NCBI RefSeq assembly: GCF_006345805.1 | Contig: NC_042999.1 | Coordinates: forward strand, 141,856,001-141,920,000 | From: Octopus sinensis | Lineage: Eukaryota | Length of the DNA: 64,000 bases | Direction of reading: 5' to 3' | Shown here: positions 1 to 12,409 of the stretch, piece by piece | How the letters are laid out: the number at the start of each line of letters is the position of its first letter | Numbering within the stretch: the stretch's first letter is position 1 | Notes under the pieces: model-generated | The model's database searches: none | Seen by the model: only the letters and a program-made list of their open reading frames with translations | Told to the model about the DNA's origin: nothing | Made by a program: the position numbers and the translations under genes

Positions 1-70
1 CCCTCATAACTTTTAGGAAAATGGGTTTTTTTTAAAATGAAATTTTATATAAATACCTTTCAAACGGCAA
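1..70. repeat. Fragment of the foldback element family seen at 9030-10086
   Basis: ccctcataacttttaggaaaatg...aaatacctttcaaacgg closely matches 9182-9245. Confidence 0.75.
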
Positions 71-199
71 AATGCAATTAACAATATGAACAAATTACCT
101 TCAAGTCTATGATGCAATACCGCATAAAAATTCAATGCGCACGGTTTATGTCGCAGGGATACTCCAAGTAATTTATCATTAACAACAAGGTGAAACATT

Positions 200-923
200 T
201 TCAGATCTTTTCGGTTTGAACGTCAGTTTTTTAAAATAATTTCTATGTAACTAAAAAATTTTAAACTTCGTATACTGGTAGAATGTGTTTATAAAACATC
301 TTTTTCTCTTGGCTTTCTTGAGAAAATTCTATAGTTTGCAAGATATTTGGTCTTTAATTTCTTGCATTTCGGCAATTTCAACCAATCAATGACGTTTATT
401 GAGGTGAAAACTATTTCTGTCGTAACATTTTATGGTAGCGTCATATGAAAATGTCCCTGTTTTTTATGAGAAAAAAAGATACCCTGTGGCCATGAACTGA
501 AGAGTCACTCGTAAACAGAGCTGGATAACAAAACCGTTCCCTCTTTAGTGTCCACCCATAGTTATGACCCTAGTATCGATCTATTGCATTTCAATCTGTT
601 TTAGGGTTAGGGGTGGGGGGAAGGATATCTATTTTTTTCTTCAGAAATGTAAATAAACCCAATCTGTTTCTTAAACGAGGGACATTTTCATATTTCACCG
701 CCAGAACATTTTACGGCAGATGTTTTCACCTCAATAGACGTCATTGATTGGTTGAAATTACCAAAACTGAAGAAAATATCTTACAAATTACAGAATTTTC
801 TCAAGAAAGCCAAGAGAAAAAGATATTTTATAAACACATTCTACCAGTATAAGAAGTTTAAAAGTGTTTAGTTACGTAGAAATTATTTTAAAAAAATACC
901 GTTCAAACCGAAAAGATCCGGAA
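200..923. mobile_element. Foldback/MITE-like element with ~210-bp imperfect inverted arms
   Basis: 200-411 (ttcagatcttttcggtttgaacg...gaggtgaaaac) is the reverse complement of 722-923 (gttttcacctcaat...cgttcaaaccgaaaagatccggaa). Confidence 0.8.
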
Positions 924-1063
924 TATCTTTTATCGGCGTAGATACAAAAATTCAATTCGAAAATAACTGCTCAGTAAAGTGGCAATCCAAGATAAAGCTC
1001 TGAAACTTGGGGTGCCTGGAAATGACAAACTTTTCAAAACAAGCATTTCATAGTTGGGATACC

Positions 1064-1423
1064 CAGCGCTGGATTAACCACGAAGCTTAGGGGGTACCAC
1101 AGAAATGGTAAATGGTTTACGGCACAAAAGAAATCACTTTAAACTTGCTGAAATAATATTCGGAATGCCTTTATCTCTAAGTATAGATGCTGATGTGTTA
1201 CCTAAGATTAATTTTGAGGATGTAGGAGAAAACTTTTCAAATATAAATAAAGTAAAACTATACAAAAATAAACATTTTCCCTCTTACTGTTTTATTTCGT
1301 TTCGAAAAATAAAAAATTATTTTATGGTTTGTTATTGTTTATATTTTGAATTACATAAGTTTTTATGAGGGCACCAAAATCTTTTAAGTGCTTAGGGCCT
1401 CGATAGGTCTTAATCCAGTTCTG
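1064..1423. mobile_element. Non-autonomous hAT-type MITE
   Basis: Termini cagcgctggattaa / ttaatccagttctg, flanked by a perfect 8-bp TSD gggatacc (1056-1063 and 1424-1431). Confidence 0.85.
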
Positions 1424-2184
1424 GGGATACCTCGTTTCTTTTCTTTCTTCTAATGAAATTAAAATCTAAGGTGTTCGAGCATTTTAGGCAGAATAAAAAT
1501 ATTTATTATTTTCAAATTAAGGGTGAGGAAAATGTACGAGTGCAAAAGAATACCTTCCATAACTTATTAAGCAACACAAGAAAATTCACATTTTCTTTTA
1601 CAAAACACCAGACTTCTTGGTGTTTTAATTATGTATTATTACTTTAGAATTACAATGAATTTTAAACAGTTGGCATTCCGAAAATGTTTGTGCAAATGAT
1701 TTGGCTTCTATGAATAGCTTTTCAATAAGAAATTATAGGCCCTCATGTTGAGTCGTACAGAAAAGAGAAGTAGGTTCAATATCGAAACTCGAACCCCGTA
1801 TCTAACACTTGTCAGACAGCCGTGTGTAACCTATTCATCAACAGAATGCCTGTAATGCAATCGATAACGCGGTTGGGTTAATTCCTGGTTTTTGCCTCAA
1901 TTTTGTTTCTTCTATCTCATATCATTTTGCGTTATACATCTTAGCAGGTAAATTTTCGAAGATTAAAAATGACAATTGTAAACTTCAGAGCTCTTTTTTC
2001 TTTATTCACTAAAGAAATCCGAATTGCTTGATGTTATTTAATTTGTTGCAGCCGTGACAACTAAGGAAAGCTATATCAGTGTAGTAAATTTCCTTCCTCG
2101 ATATATTTTGTTAACTAACCAAGCATTTACCTACACGATACCTATTTGATTATAATTTGTATTCCGTAACTTAGCTCACCGACA

Positions 2185-2193
2185 GTCACGTGA
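2185..2193. promoter_or_regulatory. Candidate E-box GTCACGTGA upstream of THAP exon copy 1 (duplicated at 3316-3324)
   Basis: Palindromic TCACGTGA about 200 bp before the ATG in a CpG-richer region. Motif match only. Confidence 0.35.
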
Positions 2194-2386
2194 TACACTT
2201 ATTGCCTTCCATACTTTATGCTTAGCTCCGCTACACAAAAAAAAAATCTGTTATTTAATACTTATAAGGTAACAATGTTGTTATCTCACTTTTATATTCA
2301 TTGGAAACAACCAGTCTCCAACTTTGGACATTTTCTCAACTTTCATAATGTTTTAAAATACGGCAGGGTTTGAATGAATTTCCATT

Positions 2387-2639
2387 ATGCCGTCTGACTG
2401 TATTGTTAAAGGCTGTCACTCGAGCAGTCGTATAGACAAGTCAATAACATTTTTTCTACTACCTTGGGACAACATACAGCTCCGAACAATCTGGGTTAGA
2501 TTGGCCGGTTACGACCCCCTCGATGCCAACGACGTGAAGCACATAACTAGGGAGCATAGCATTTGTAGTCTCCATTTTGTTGATAACCAGAATAACTTAC
2601 TGCACAGCAGCATTCCGACTCTGAATCTTCCTATCCAAG
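2387..2639 (+). CDS. First coding exon, copy A: complete THAP zinc-finger DNA-binding domain
   Basis: MPSDCIVKGC...P..W...CSLHF...IPTL fits the C2CH THAP signature. Donor CAAG|GTACGA at 2640 is phase 1; the ORF-track tail is intron read-through. Confidence 0.85.
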
Positions 2640-3517
2640 GTACGATTGTTTATTCCCTAGCTTCGTTAAAACACAAACTCATGCTCGTAAACGAGTTAAT
2701 CTATATTTATGTTTCGTTAACTTTCTATTACTAAATTGTATATTCTCCTTGTTTTGTGGGCGCGGAGGAATTTTTTCTTCGACGTCTCCGTACGAACTTA
2801 TTTAACTAAGGGGATTATTTTGGAGCGGCACCGATTGAAGTGAGTCTTAAGTTTTGTCTTTTGAGCATAATGGGACGTAACCCAACTCTTCTAACAACAT
2901 TAAATTTGTTTTTCCTTGAGGTAAAATAAGGCGTTTATTATTCCAACAGAAATGTAAAATAGAAATTATTACGTGAATGTTCATTAACTAATATTTTTGA
3001 TTGACGATCTTTGAATATGACGTACCCATTTCATTTCATGTTCAAGATGAAATATAAATTTGAGCGATGTTGCAGTATAAAGTACCCTTTTCACTTTCAC
3101 AAAACTCGTTATTACTTGACTAGCTAAGCACCGAACTGCGTAAACAACGTTCAACATATTGAATGGGTGAAGCACGTATTCACTGCATGACTTGTGAAGA
3201 GAAATATCAGTGTAGTAAATTTCCTTCCTCGATATATTTTGTTAACTAACCAAGCATTTACCTACACGATACCTATTTGATTATAATTTGTATTCCGTAA
3301 CTTAGCTCACCGACAGTCACGTGATACACTTATTGCCTTCCATACTTTATGCTTAGCCCCGCTACACAAAAAAAAAATCTGTTATTTAATACTTATAAGG
3401 TAACAATGTTGTTATCTCACTTTTATATTCATTGGAAACAACCAGTCTCCAACTTTGGACATTTTCTCAACTTTCATAATGTTTTAAAATGCGGCAGGGT
3501 TTGAATGAATTGTTATT

Positions 3518-3770
3518 ATGCCGTCTAACTGTATTGTTAAAGGCTGTCACTCGAGCAGTCGTATAGACAAGTCAGTAACATTTTTTCTACTACCTTGGGA
3601 CAACATACAGCTCCGAACAATCTGGGTTAGATTGGCCGGTTACGACCCCCTCGATGCCAACGACGTGAAGCACATAACTAGGGAGCATAGCATTTGTAGT
3701 CTCCATTTTGTTGATAACCAGAATGACTTACTGCACAGCAGCATTCCGACTCTGAATCTTCCAATCCAAG
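3518..3770 (+). CDS. First coding exon, copy B: THAP domain (D4N, I21V, N70D relative to copy A)
   Basis: Same THAP signature and the same phase-1 donor at 3771. Four nucleotide differences from copy A within the exon. Confidence 0.85.
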
Positions 3771-4982
3771 GTACGATTGTTTATTCCCTAGCTTCGTTAA
3801 AACACAAACTCATGCTCGTAAACGAGTTAATCTATATTTTTGTTTCGTTAACTTTCTATTACTAAATTGTATATTCTCCTTGTTTTGTGGGCGCGGAGGA
3901 ATTTTTTTCTTCGACGTCTCCGTACGAACTTATTTATCTAAGGGGATTTTTTTGGAGCGGCACCGATTGAAATGAGTCTTAAGTTTCGTCTTTTGAGCAT
4001 AATGGGACGTAACCCAACTCTTCTAACACCATTAAATTTGTTTTTCCTTGAGGTAAAATAAGGCGTTTATTATTCCAACAGAAATGTAAAATAGAAATTA
4101 TTACGTGAATGTTCATTAACTAATATTTTTGATTGACGATCTTTGAATATAACGTACCCATTTCATTTTTTAAAAGTTCAGTTTTGACAGTCGGCTGCCA
4201 ATTATTCGTAGTGTATTGCAAAAAACCTTTCTATTTCAAAGTTTTGATGTAATTTCATCAGTTTTCAGAATATTTTATTTCATGTTCAAGATGACATATA
4301 AATTTGAGCGATGTTGCAGTATAAAGTACCATTTTCACTTTCACAAAACTCGTTATTACTTGACTAGCTAAGCACCGAACTGCGTAAACAACGTTCAACA
4401 TATTGAATGGGTGAAGCGCGTATTCACTGCATGACTTGTTAAGAGAAACTCGATATTTCGCAGCCTTTTAGTGTTGTTTGTAAGAAAAGGGCATATTGCA
4501 ATTTGCAAAATATACCCGTGATGGCGTGCAGTTGGATATCGTTTATTGTTTCAGTAAGAAAAATGTATTTTTTTTCTATAAAAGCAGTGGGTTTTTTGAG
4601 TTGCTGCTATTGATTTAAATGAATACCTATAACTAAATAATATAAAGTAGACAAAACCAGAATGATTAAAGACTTGTATGTTTCTGTATTTGCTACTGGG
4701 TTCAGAGGACCCAACTGTTACCGGTGGATTCAATTTAACGAAACAAAATATTTCCACAAAGTATGCAAGAGTCTAATTGAGAGGGTGTCATTGGAGTTGC
4801 GAAGAAATGTTTTCTAGAAGTACTACATAACCGGAAAACACACTGTTGAATATTATAGGAAATAAAATTGCTCATAAGCGTTCGTATGTAAGAATGTCAT
4901 TATGACATGCATTTAATTACTGCATTGTGGATCACGGTAGGAACTTTCATCAATACTGCTAACCGTCAAGTATGTTCCCCAG

Positions 4983-5027
4983 TTAATGACTCAAAAATGA
5001 TCTCATGTCAAGAAATAATTGAAGCAG
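4983..5027 (+). CDS. Putative 45-nt symmetric (phase 1-1) coding exon, (V)NDSKMISCQEIIEA
   Basis: ttccccag acceptor and CAG|GTGAAT donor; open in the frame set by the THAP exon. Confidence 0.4.
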
Positions 5028-6133
5028 GTGAATAGTACATTTGGAAAACTTTTCAGTAGTTACTAAAACATGTCATTGCAAATTGTAAAATAGTGATGTA
5101 GCGTAGGGTGCGCGAATAGCACAGGGTGACCAATTAAATATACTTGTTTGCTGTAGGCAATTAAGGACGGGGACGGCCAATTTGGCTACTGTACAGAGCT
5201 GTTGAAGAGATCTGCAGTTGCCAAACTGGTATCAACAAACGTGAAAGTGACACACTACTCAGAGAATGCCTTTTTTGCCTGGATGTGGATATCTGCCTTC
5301 ATATTTCAGCATTAAATAATTATAAAGTATTGGGGATTGAAATGAAATGATAGGATCCATATTGTACTGTAGAGACATGACTTGCTCAGAAGGCAATTTC
5401 TTAGATGTCACTTGTATACATAAATAGAATTTTGGTATAAGAAAATAAAATACAATATTTCATTATATAGTGGGAAATTCCTCATGGAAATTATCAAAAC
5501 ATCTACAACTTTAAGAAGGTTATGTGTTTGATAAATAGTTATTGGTCTGACAAAATAAGATGGCAATATACACAAGAAAGAAAAATAGGATATAAGAGAG
5601 GCTTGATAATGGATGGTAAATATGAATATATTGCTTAATGTGGGGTGCAGCAAAATCATGCAATTGATCTAATTTTAAATAAAGAAAGCACACAGTAAAA
5701 GCACTCTTGTATAGTAATGTGGTCCAAGATTAATTGATACTGCTTATATGGCAACAAGAAAATGTAAATAGTTCTTCCTAGAACCTTGAGCTTGTACTTT
5801 TTCCCAAACAGGAATTTCTCCCAGTGACACACATATTGCACATAGTTGTTTAAATATACTTCAGCATTTAGAAAAATTTCTATCCATATCATATACTAGG
5901 TTTCAAACTTGAAACTACTCTTTCATCCTATAATTATATGAATGTGCCTGAATTGGAATCAAATAAAAATGGAATTTGGTATAGTCAGCTTGTTAACTGT
6001 CACTCCTTTGGAATTTCCCATGCATAAACTGGTGTTATTTCTTTAGATAAACTTTTACAATGCTAATGTAAATCACACTTAATTGTTAAAATATCACCAG
6101 TTTTATTTCACTGTTCATTTGTGTGTATGTATG

Positions 6134-6176
<43 letters not shown>

Positions 6177-6184
6177 TATATATA

Positions 6185-6747
6185 TCATCATTGTCCGCTT
6201 TCCATGCTGCTATGGGTTGGACGGTTTGACTGAAGACTGGCAAGCCAGGAGGCTGCACCAGGTTCCAATCTGATCTTGCAAGGTTTCTACAGCTAGATGC
6301 CCTTTTCTAACGCCAACCACTCTGAGAGTGTAGTAGATGCATTTTACATGCCACTGGCACGGGAGCCAGTCAGGCGAATCTGACTGGCTCCTGTGTTCGA
6401 TGCCAGTAGCCTCTGACTAGTTCGTTTGCCGTGGCACATAAAATGCACCATCTAAATGTGGCCGATGCCAGTACTCCCTGACTGGCCCGTGTGCCAGTGG
6501 AACATAAAAAGCACTATCCGAACGTGATCGATGCCAGGCCCGCTTGACTGGCTTCTGTGCCAGTGGCACATAAAACGCACCCACTAAACTCTCGAAGTGA
6601 TTGGCATTAGGAAGGGCATGTAGTTTAGCAGTAGAAACATTGCCAGATCAGATTGGAGTCTGGTGCAGCCACTAGCTCTCCTGGCCTCAGTCAAACCATC
6701 CAATCTATGCCAGCATGGAAAATGGATGTTAAACAATGATGATGATG
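6185..6747. mobile_element. Two RTE-LINE/SINE 3' tails head-to-head (minus copy ~6185-6375, plus copy ~6376-6747)
   Basis: Both outer ends carry the (CAT)n/(GAT)n tail and the ccatgc..gcatgg motif seen at 59450-59610. A 12-bp hairpin marks the junction. Confidence 0.8.
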
Positions 6748-7265
6748 TATATTTTTATTAATATTTAGCAACAGTGACTCAAAGTTCAAAAGTTTCGTGT
6801 ATCAGGACATATATATATATATATACATACATACATCCTGTACACGCACACACACACACACACACACGTGTGTTTCACCTGACAAAGCAGATGACAGAAG
6901 GTCATATCAACTGATGGTTCTACAGAAGATCTGACTTCGTGCACAAACTCTGCATACACACCTCCCTTGTCTATTGTTTTGTGCATGCATCCATCTATGT
7001 TTATTGTCCACTCTATACCTTTAGGATACATTATTACTGCTCAAATTGATGATATAGGACTTGATAGGTTGCCTTTTCTTACTCAAGACAAGGCAACCTC
7101 TATAATTATAAAGCTCTCAATACTATCTGGTTTAGGAAGGACATCCTACCATAAAAACCATGCCAAAAGTGAGACATTGGAGCAAAGCATTGTCCTTCAA
7201 CTAGTTAAATCTTCTCAAACTGTCCTACCCATGCTAGAATGGAAAATGATGATATATCTCTATAT

Positions 7266-7896
7266 ATCATCATCATCGTTTAACGTCCATTCTCCATGCT
7301 AGCATGGGTTGGACGGTTCGACTGGGGATTTGGGAAGCCAGAAGGCTGCACCAGGCTCCAGTCTTGTCTGGCAGTGTTTCTACACTGGATGCCATTCCTA
7401 ATGCCAACCACTCCTTAAGTGTAGTGGGTGATTTTTATGTGCCACCTGCACAGGTGCCAGGCGAGGCTGGCAACGGCCACGGTTGGACTGGTGCATTTTA
7501 CGTGCCACCGGCACGGAAGCCAGTCGAGGTGGCACTGGCATCGGCCACGATTCGGATGGTGCTTTTTACGTGCCACCGGCACGGAAGCCAGTCGAGGCGG
7601 CGCTGGCATCGGCCGCGATTCGGATAGTGCTTTTTACGTACCACCAGTCCAGGGGTCCTGGCATCTGCCAGGTGCCAGTCATAGGATTGGTTCAATTTCG
7701 ATTTCACTTGCCCCAACAGATCTTCGCAAGCAAAGTGGGGTTGGCATGGGTGCCTGTCGTCGGATGAGATTCGATATCGACTTTGCTTGCCTCAACAGGT
7801 CTTTATGTGTCCAAGGGAGGAAAGGCATGCATAAGTGGGCTGGACTCACTTGTCCTGCCTGGTCTTCTCACGCACAGCATATTTCCAAAGGTCTCG
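7266..7896 (-). mobile_element. 5'-truncated RTE LINE 3' end (last ORF codons, 3'UTR with ~60-bp repeats, GAT tail)
   Basis: Its reverse complement matches the ORF end at 58695-58743 (ctttgga..tatgctgtgcgtgagaa) and the tail at 59430-59610. Confidence 0.85.
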
Positions 7897-8226
7897 ACGG
7901 CAAAATGTCTGTGTGTGTGTCCTTTATACAAATTCACAATTTTTCAGTTAGAGGGATTGCACTTTCTATGGTCATTCAAAACCATTCAAGGGTGGTCGTG
8001 CACATCTTTACATTTCCCCATAAGAAAATCAATAGAAGTGACTTTTTTGTGAATTTTCTATCCAAAATCCAATCAAAATGCCCGAAACTTGATACGCCAA
8101 TTAAATGCCAGCTAGCTGTATGTGATTGGTCGGAGATTTGGACAGTACTCGCATGTATGTGCGCATGCAGCTGTATATGCATGCACTAGCACTATGACCC
8201 GGCATTGCCAGGTCATAGTGCTAGTG
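7897..8226 (-). mobile_element. Possible non-autonomous Helitron/Helentron-like element
   Basis: Starts (minus strand) with ACTAGCAC.. inside a perfect 16-bp hairpin (8184-8226) and ends in acacacagacattttgccgt, where the LINE interrupts it. Family call is from recalled motif style only. Confidence 0.35.
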
Positions 8227-9029
8227 TATGTATATAATAATGGACTCTCTTGTTAAGAACAAAACATGACTCAGGAGGAAACAAAGCATTGTTGTTGAAC
8301 AACATGCATAAATTTACTTTCAAATCAAATTTGTATGGAACTTATCTAATGCACTCCTTTTGTAACCTGATGTGCCAAGTTATGCAAAAAGAAAAAAAAA
8401 AAAGAAGCATGTTATGGAATACAGAGATGCCAAGCCCAAACAGATGATTGCTGATCTCTTTTTACCAGTATCATGTGGCAAGTTCCCCTTGCTGAAAAGT
8501 TTTGTCCAATACTACATAACATGTGCCTAAATGGATCATAGGCACAAACTGGAATACAGAAAATATTATATACTTAATGCTATGTTGAGATTTATAGAGT
8601 TCTATCACTCTTCAAGTGGTCTTACAATGTCACCATTTCTCATTTCAAGTACTTATACAACACCACTACTTATCGCTAGAAGTACCTTCCATGTGGGGAG
8701 CGGGTAACTAACATATAGTTTTTATTACTACTAACTAGCGTTCATATCAAATCTCTTTTATATAAAACTATGTAAAAAGTAGGTGTAAGACAAAATGAAA
8801 ACGCTCTCCTAAAGGTAGGGCTATTTGTACGAGGTGAATGCAGAATATCAAATTCTGGTGTACATCTGAAGCCATGTATGTTTACGGTTTTAATGTAGGG
8901 ATGTTTTGGAGTGAACCCACTCTTTTGAAAGTTACCAATGTAGACTGAATTCAGATTATAATGTTGCAGAAGAATCCACTAGCCTTTATTCAAGCCATTG
9001 TTGTATCTCACGAATTTAAGATTTGAAAC

Positions 9030-9475
9030 TTCGGTTAATGTTGACAAATCGAAAAAAAAAAAAAATAGTGCAACGGGTGTAATAAAAAAAGGTGTAGGAA
9101 ACGAATATGAAAACAAAAATTCCGGGAAAGCAACGGGGGTGGAGAGAGGCCTTCGAAAAATTCACAAGATCCGATGTGTTTCCCTCATAACTTTTAGGAA
9201 AATGTTTTTTTTTAGTGAAATTTTTTATAAATACCTTTCAAACGGTGTAGATTACTATTATAAAGAAATTTGTGGGGAAAATCTTTTCCTGGGGGCTGAG
9301 GAGAGGACTATGGAAAATTCACAAGATCCTAGTTTTTCCCTAGTAACTGAAAACATAATCCTTTTGAAGTCACAAATTAGGCTTTTCCTCAGGAATTTAA
9401 ATGCTAAACGTCCCTTTGAAAGGTTCAGGTCCTTCTATATATTATATAGATAGATATGTGTGTGTATACATACAT

Positions 9476-9531
<56 letters not shown>

Positions 9532-10086
9532 GGACCCAAACCCCTCTTCAGAGGGATGTTTAGCATCTAAGTTCCTGAGGAAAAGCCTAATTTGTGATTT
9601 CAAAAGGATTATATTTTCCTCAAAGTTACGAGGGAAAAACTCAGCTCTTGTGAATTTTCCGAAGTCCTCTCCCACCCCCGTTGCTCTCCGCGCATTTTTG
9701 TTTTCAGGTTCGTTTCCTACTTGGGTGTGAAGTAGAAAGATGTACATTTTCCTCTATGTTACGAGGTAAAAACATCGGATCTTGTGAATTTTCCATAGTC
9801 CTCTCCCCACCCCCTCGGAAAAGATTTTCCTCACAAATTTCTTTATAATCGAAATCTAAACCGTTTGAAAGGTATTTTTATAAAATTTCACTTAAAAACA
9901 CCTTATTTTCCAAAAAGAGGGTAAAACATAAGATCTTGTGAATTTTCCGAAGGCCTCTCCCCACCCCCTGTTGCTTTCCTGGAATTTTTGTTTTCATATT
10001 TGTTTCCTACACCTTTTTTTTTACACCCGTTGCACTATTCTTTTTTTGATCTCGTTTTCTGGTAATAATGTCAACATTAATCGAAA
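9030..10086. mobile_element. ~1.05-kb foldback element, palindromic around a central (TG)/(CA)/(TA) microsatellite
   Basis: 9030-9445 is reverse-complemented at 9528-10086. The right arm has one extra internal subrepeat (about 9645-9776). Confidence 0.85.
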
Positions 10087-12409
10087 TTTTTCCTGTTTTT
10101 AACAGAAGCTGTAACTATTCTGCTACTCGCTTAAAAGTTATTCTAAAAATAAACAATCACATCATCAAGATCTCAGAGCTGTGATATAATTGATGAGTTA
10201 TTGAAAACAATGTGAATAATGAGAATAATCTGAATGCTTAAGAGTTACGGAGCATTGTTTAGGTGTTGGACAATTACATCAAAAATGTTTCTGAAATTAT
10301 ATTAAGATTATAGTTTTAGAAACAAAAATATTAGAGAGACATTTTATTAATAATATTTATGATATTAAATGGAAAGACCCCCCCCCCATTTTCTCGCAAT
10401 TTTTTTCCCAAAAACTCGCGTTTTCGGAATTTTTAAATGTCTGCCCCCCCCCTTACTACCTCCCAATTTCTTCGTTTTCACTTCTTTCCGTAACCTTAAC
10501 TCTAAATTAGTGGTGGGGTACAAAAGGAACTCTTGCCTATTATATTCTCAGGTGATAAGAATTAGAGCAATCAAAACAATCGCTTTTTAAATGCATAAAT
10601 GCAACGCACTGCCTTTAATATCACAGAAAAACCAAGAGGGTTTATGGGAATTTTTCTAGAATATAATTCAGATTTTAATCATAAAATGTAATTGTTGTTT
10701 TTATCTCGATTGGGATGTAAATGATTGTCTTTGGAGTAACTTGTCCTGTTCACTTTTCAGTGTATCTCATGTACGGAAAACTCACCGACCAACAAGTTAC
10801 CTGTTAGCAAATTCACTTTTAAGCAATTCGGTTTATATTTAATAAAAGCTTAAATTCTCTTGTCATTCGAACATATGATAGTTTTTGTAGTTTTGGGAGG
10901 GTCATTACGTCGGTAATAATAAACACACGCACTATTATTATTGGTGCAATGAACCTCCCAAGACACAAGATTTGTTTCAACACGAATTCACATCAAGAAT
11001 CTTGCAAACCAAATGCATAAATAAAATGATAGTTCAAATGTTTTTAAAATATAACGTTTGAATTTTTCGAATCAAAGAGGATACAAAAAAATGTATATTA
11101 TTAGCCATTTTATTAAAGAAAAACAACTGAAAAAAGACAGTACTGTGGAAATGTGTGAAATATCAAAAATAAGCCATAGACGAATGAGTACAGTCGGTGA
11201 CACAAAAGTGAACACACCCACATTGTCGATGCATCAAAAATTTGTGAGTTAACTTTTTAACAAGTTGTTGATCACCGTTGATCGGCAAATTGCTGTTGGG
11301 GAATTTGTAAGCAGTGCATTTAAAACTTCGTTATTTAATGTATCTTTTTTGTGAATTGTAGTGTATCGAGCATATCGATTGATCACATAGAAGTTGTCTC
11401 GTTGGCTTGTGTTAGATTGTTTTTCATGAGTGCTTTTGCTATTGTATTTAATGAACGTATATATTCGATAATGAACATTTTCTATTTTAGTACTTTAAAA
11501 AAAAATTCAATATGTAACTTGCGGGTGTGTGGTAGAGTTACGCCCCTTTATGCCTAAATGAAATGATTTTGAAAGTCGGTCGTCTCCCTGCAAAATCCCC
11601 CAACAAAACAAGTAGACCGTAGCGCAGTTTCAAAAGAAAAGAATTCTTCCGCGGATACCAAACTATTTATTTTTCTCCTGCACAGAGGTCCATGTTTATT
11701 ATTATTTTATTAATAGTTATTCATTTCTTACGTTGACATACGACGTTAGAATAATTGAGTTGCCGATTTGAGAATATGTTCATTGTTTTCTAACGAGTAA
11801 CAATTCGTGTGTTTAATAGCTTACAGCCGAGATTCAAAACGAGTTATGCTTGTATACAATAGGACTCATCACTAAGAAGGTAATAAAGATAACTGCTGTG
11901 AGAGTGTCCTTTCAAGAGGAAATTACAAATCTATTTCTTTTTTAATGTACTTTCTTTCTAATTCAATCAGAATGTCTCAAAATTAATGTTATTTATTTAA
12001 AATTGCTTTCTGAAAATTAACTGCCCAAACTGTGTAAAATAACTTAGTTTCTTTCTCTGAAGTAATTTACTTTTCTCTCTTCTCTATACTTTCGTTGGAA
12101 GCAAAGCGAGTAGAGTCATTAAAATATCCACTAAATGATCAGAAGTTTGCATCCTCTGATTGGTTTGTAATTTGGCAAAGACGATCGGTAACTAAATGGA
12201 TACCATAAAACGATGATTTACTACTAAGTAAAACGGAATCACGAGAAAACACGAGCGAAAAGGAGAGCCTCTACGCAGTCATTTGGTTGGTAGAAATAGC
12301 AGCCAAAGCTCATATCTACTCTATACACATAGGTGGAGAGGGTTGAATATTACATCTGTGAAAACTAATATATATAATAGAGTATAATTGTGACTTCTTC
12401 ATTTAAATA

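Larger units (their letters stand above)
2073..4448 (+). repeat. Tandem duplication with a 1131-bp period containing promoter/5'UTR, THAP exon and intron start
   Basis: Copy 1 is 2073-3203 and copy 2 is 3204-4448, near-identical. Copy 2 has ~114 extra bp (about 4169-4282) bounded by atttcat microhomology. Confidence 0.95.

Noticed and set aside
1780-1850. tRNA-like sequence on the minus strand (GGGGTTCGAG B-box-like)
   Set aside because: I cannot fold a convincing cloverleaf; at most a decayed SINE head.
2640-2734. Hydrophobic C-terminal tail of the 115-aa THAP ORFs (also 3771-3865)
   Set aside because: Intron read-through after the donor, not a transmembrane segment.
7304-8189. ORFs up to 253 aa
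   Set aside because: They read through LINE-tail and repeat sequence; not protein-like.
11188-11222. Tc1-like TIR (TA-CAGTCGGTGACACAAAAGTGAACACACCC)
   Set aside because: No matching partner TIR or transposase found.
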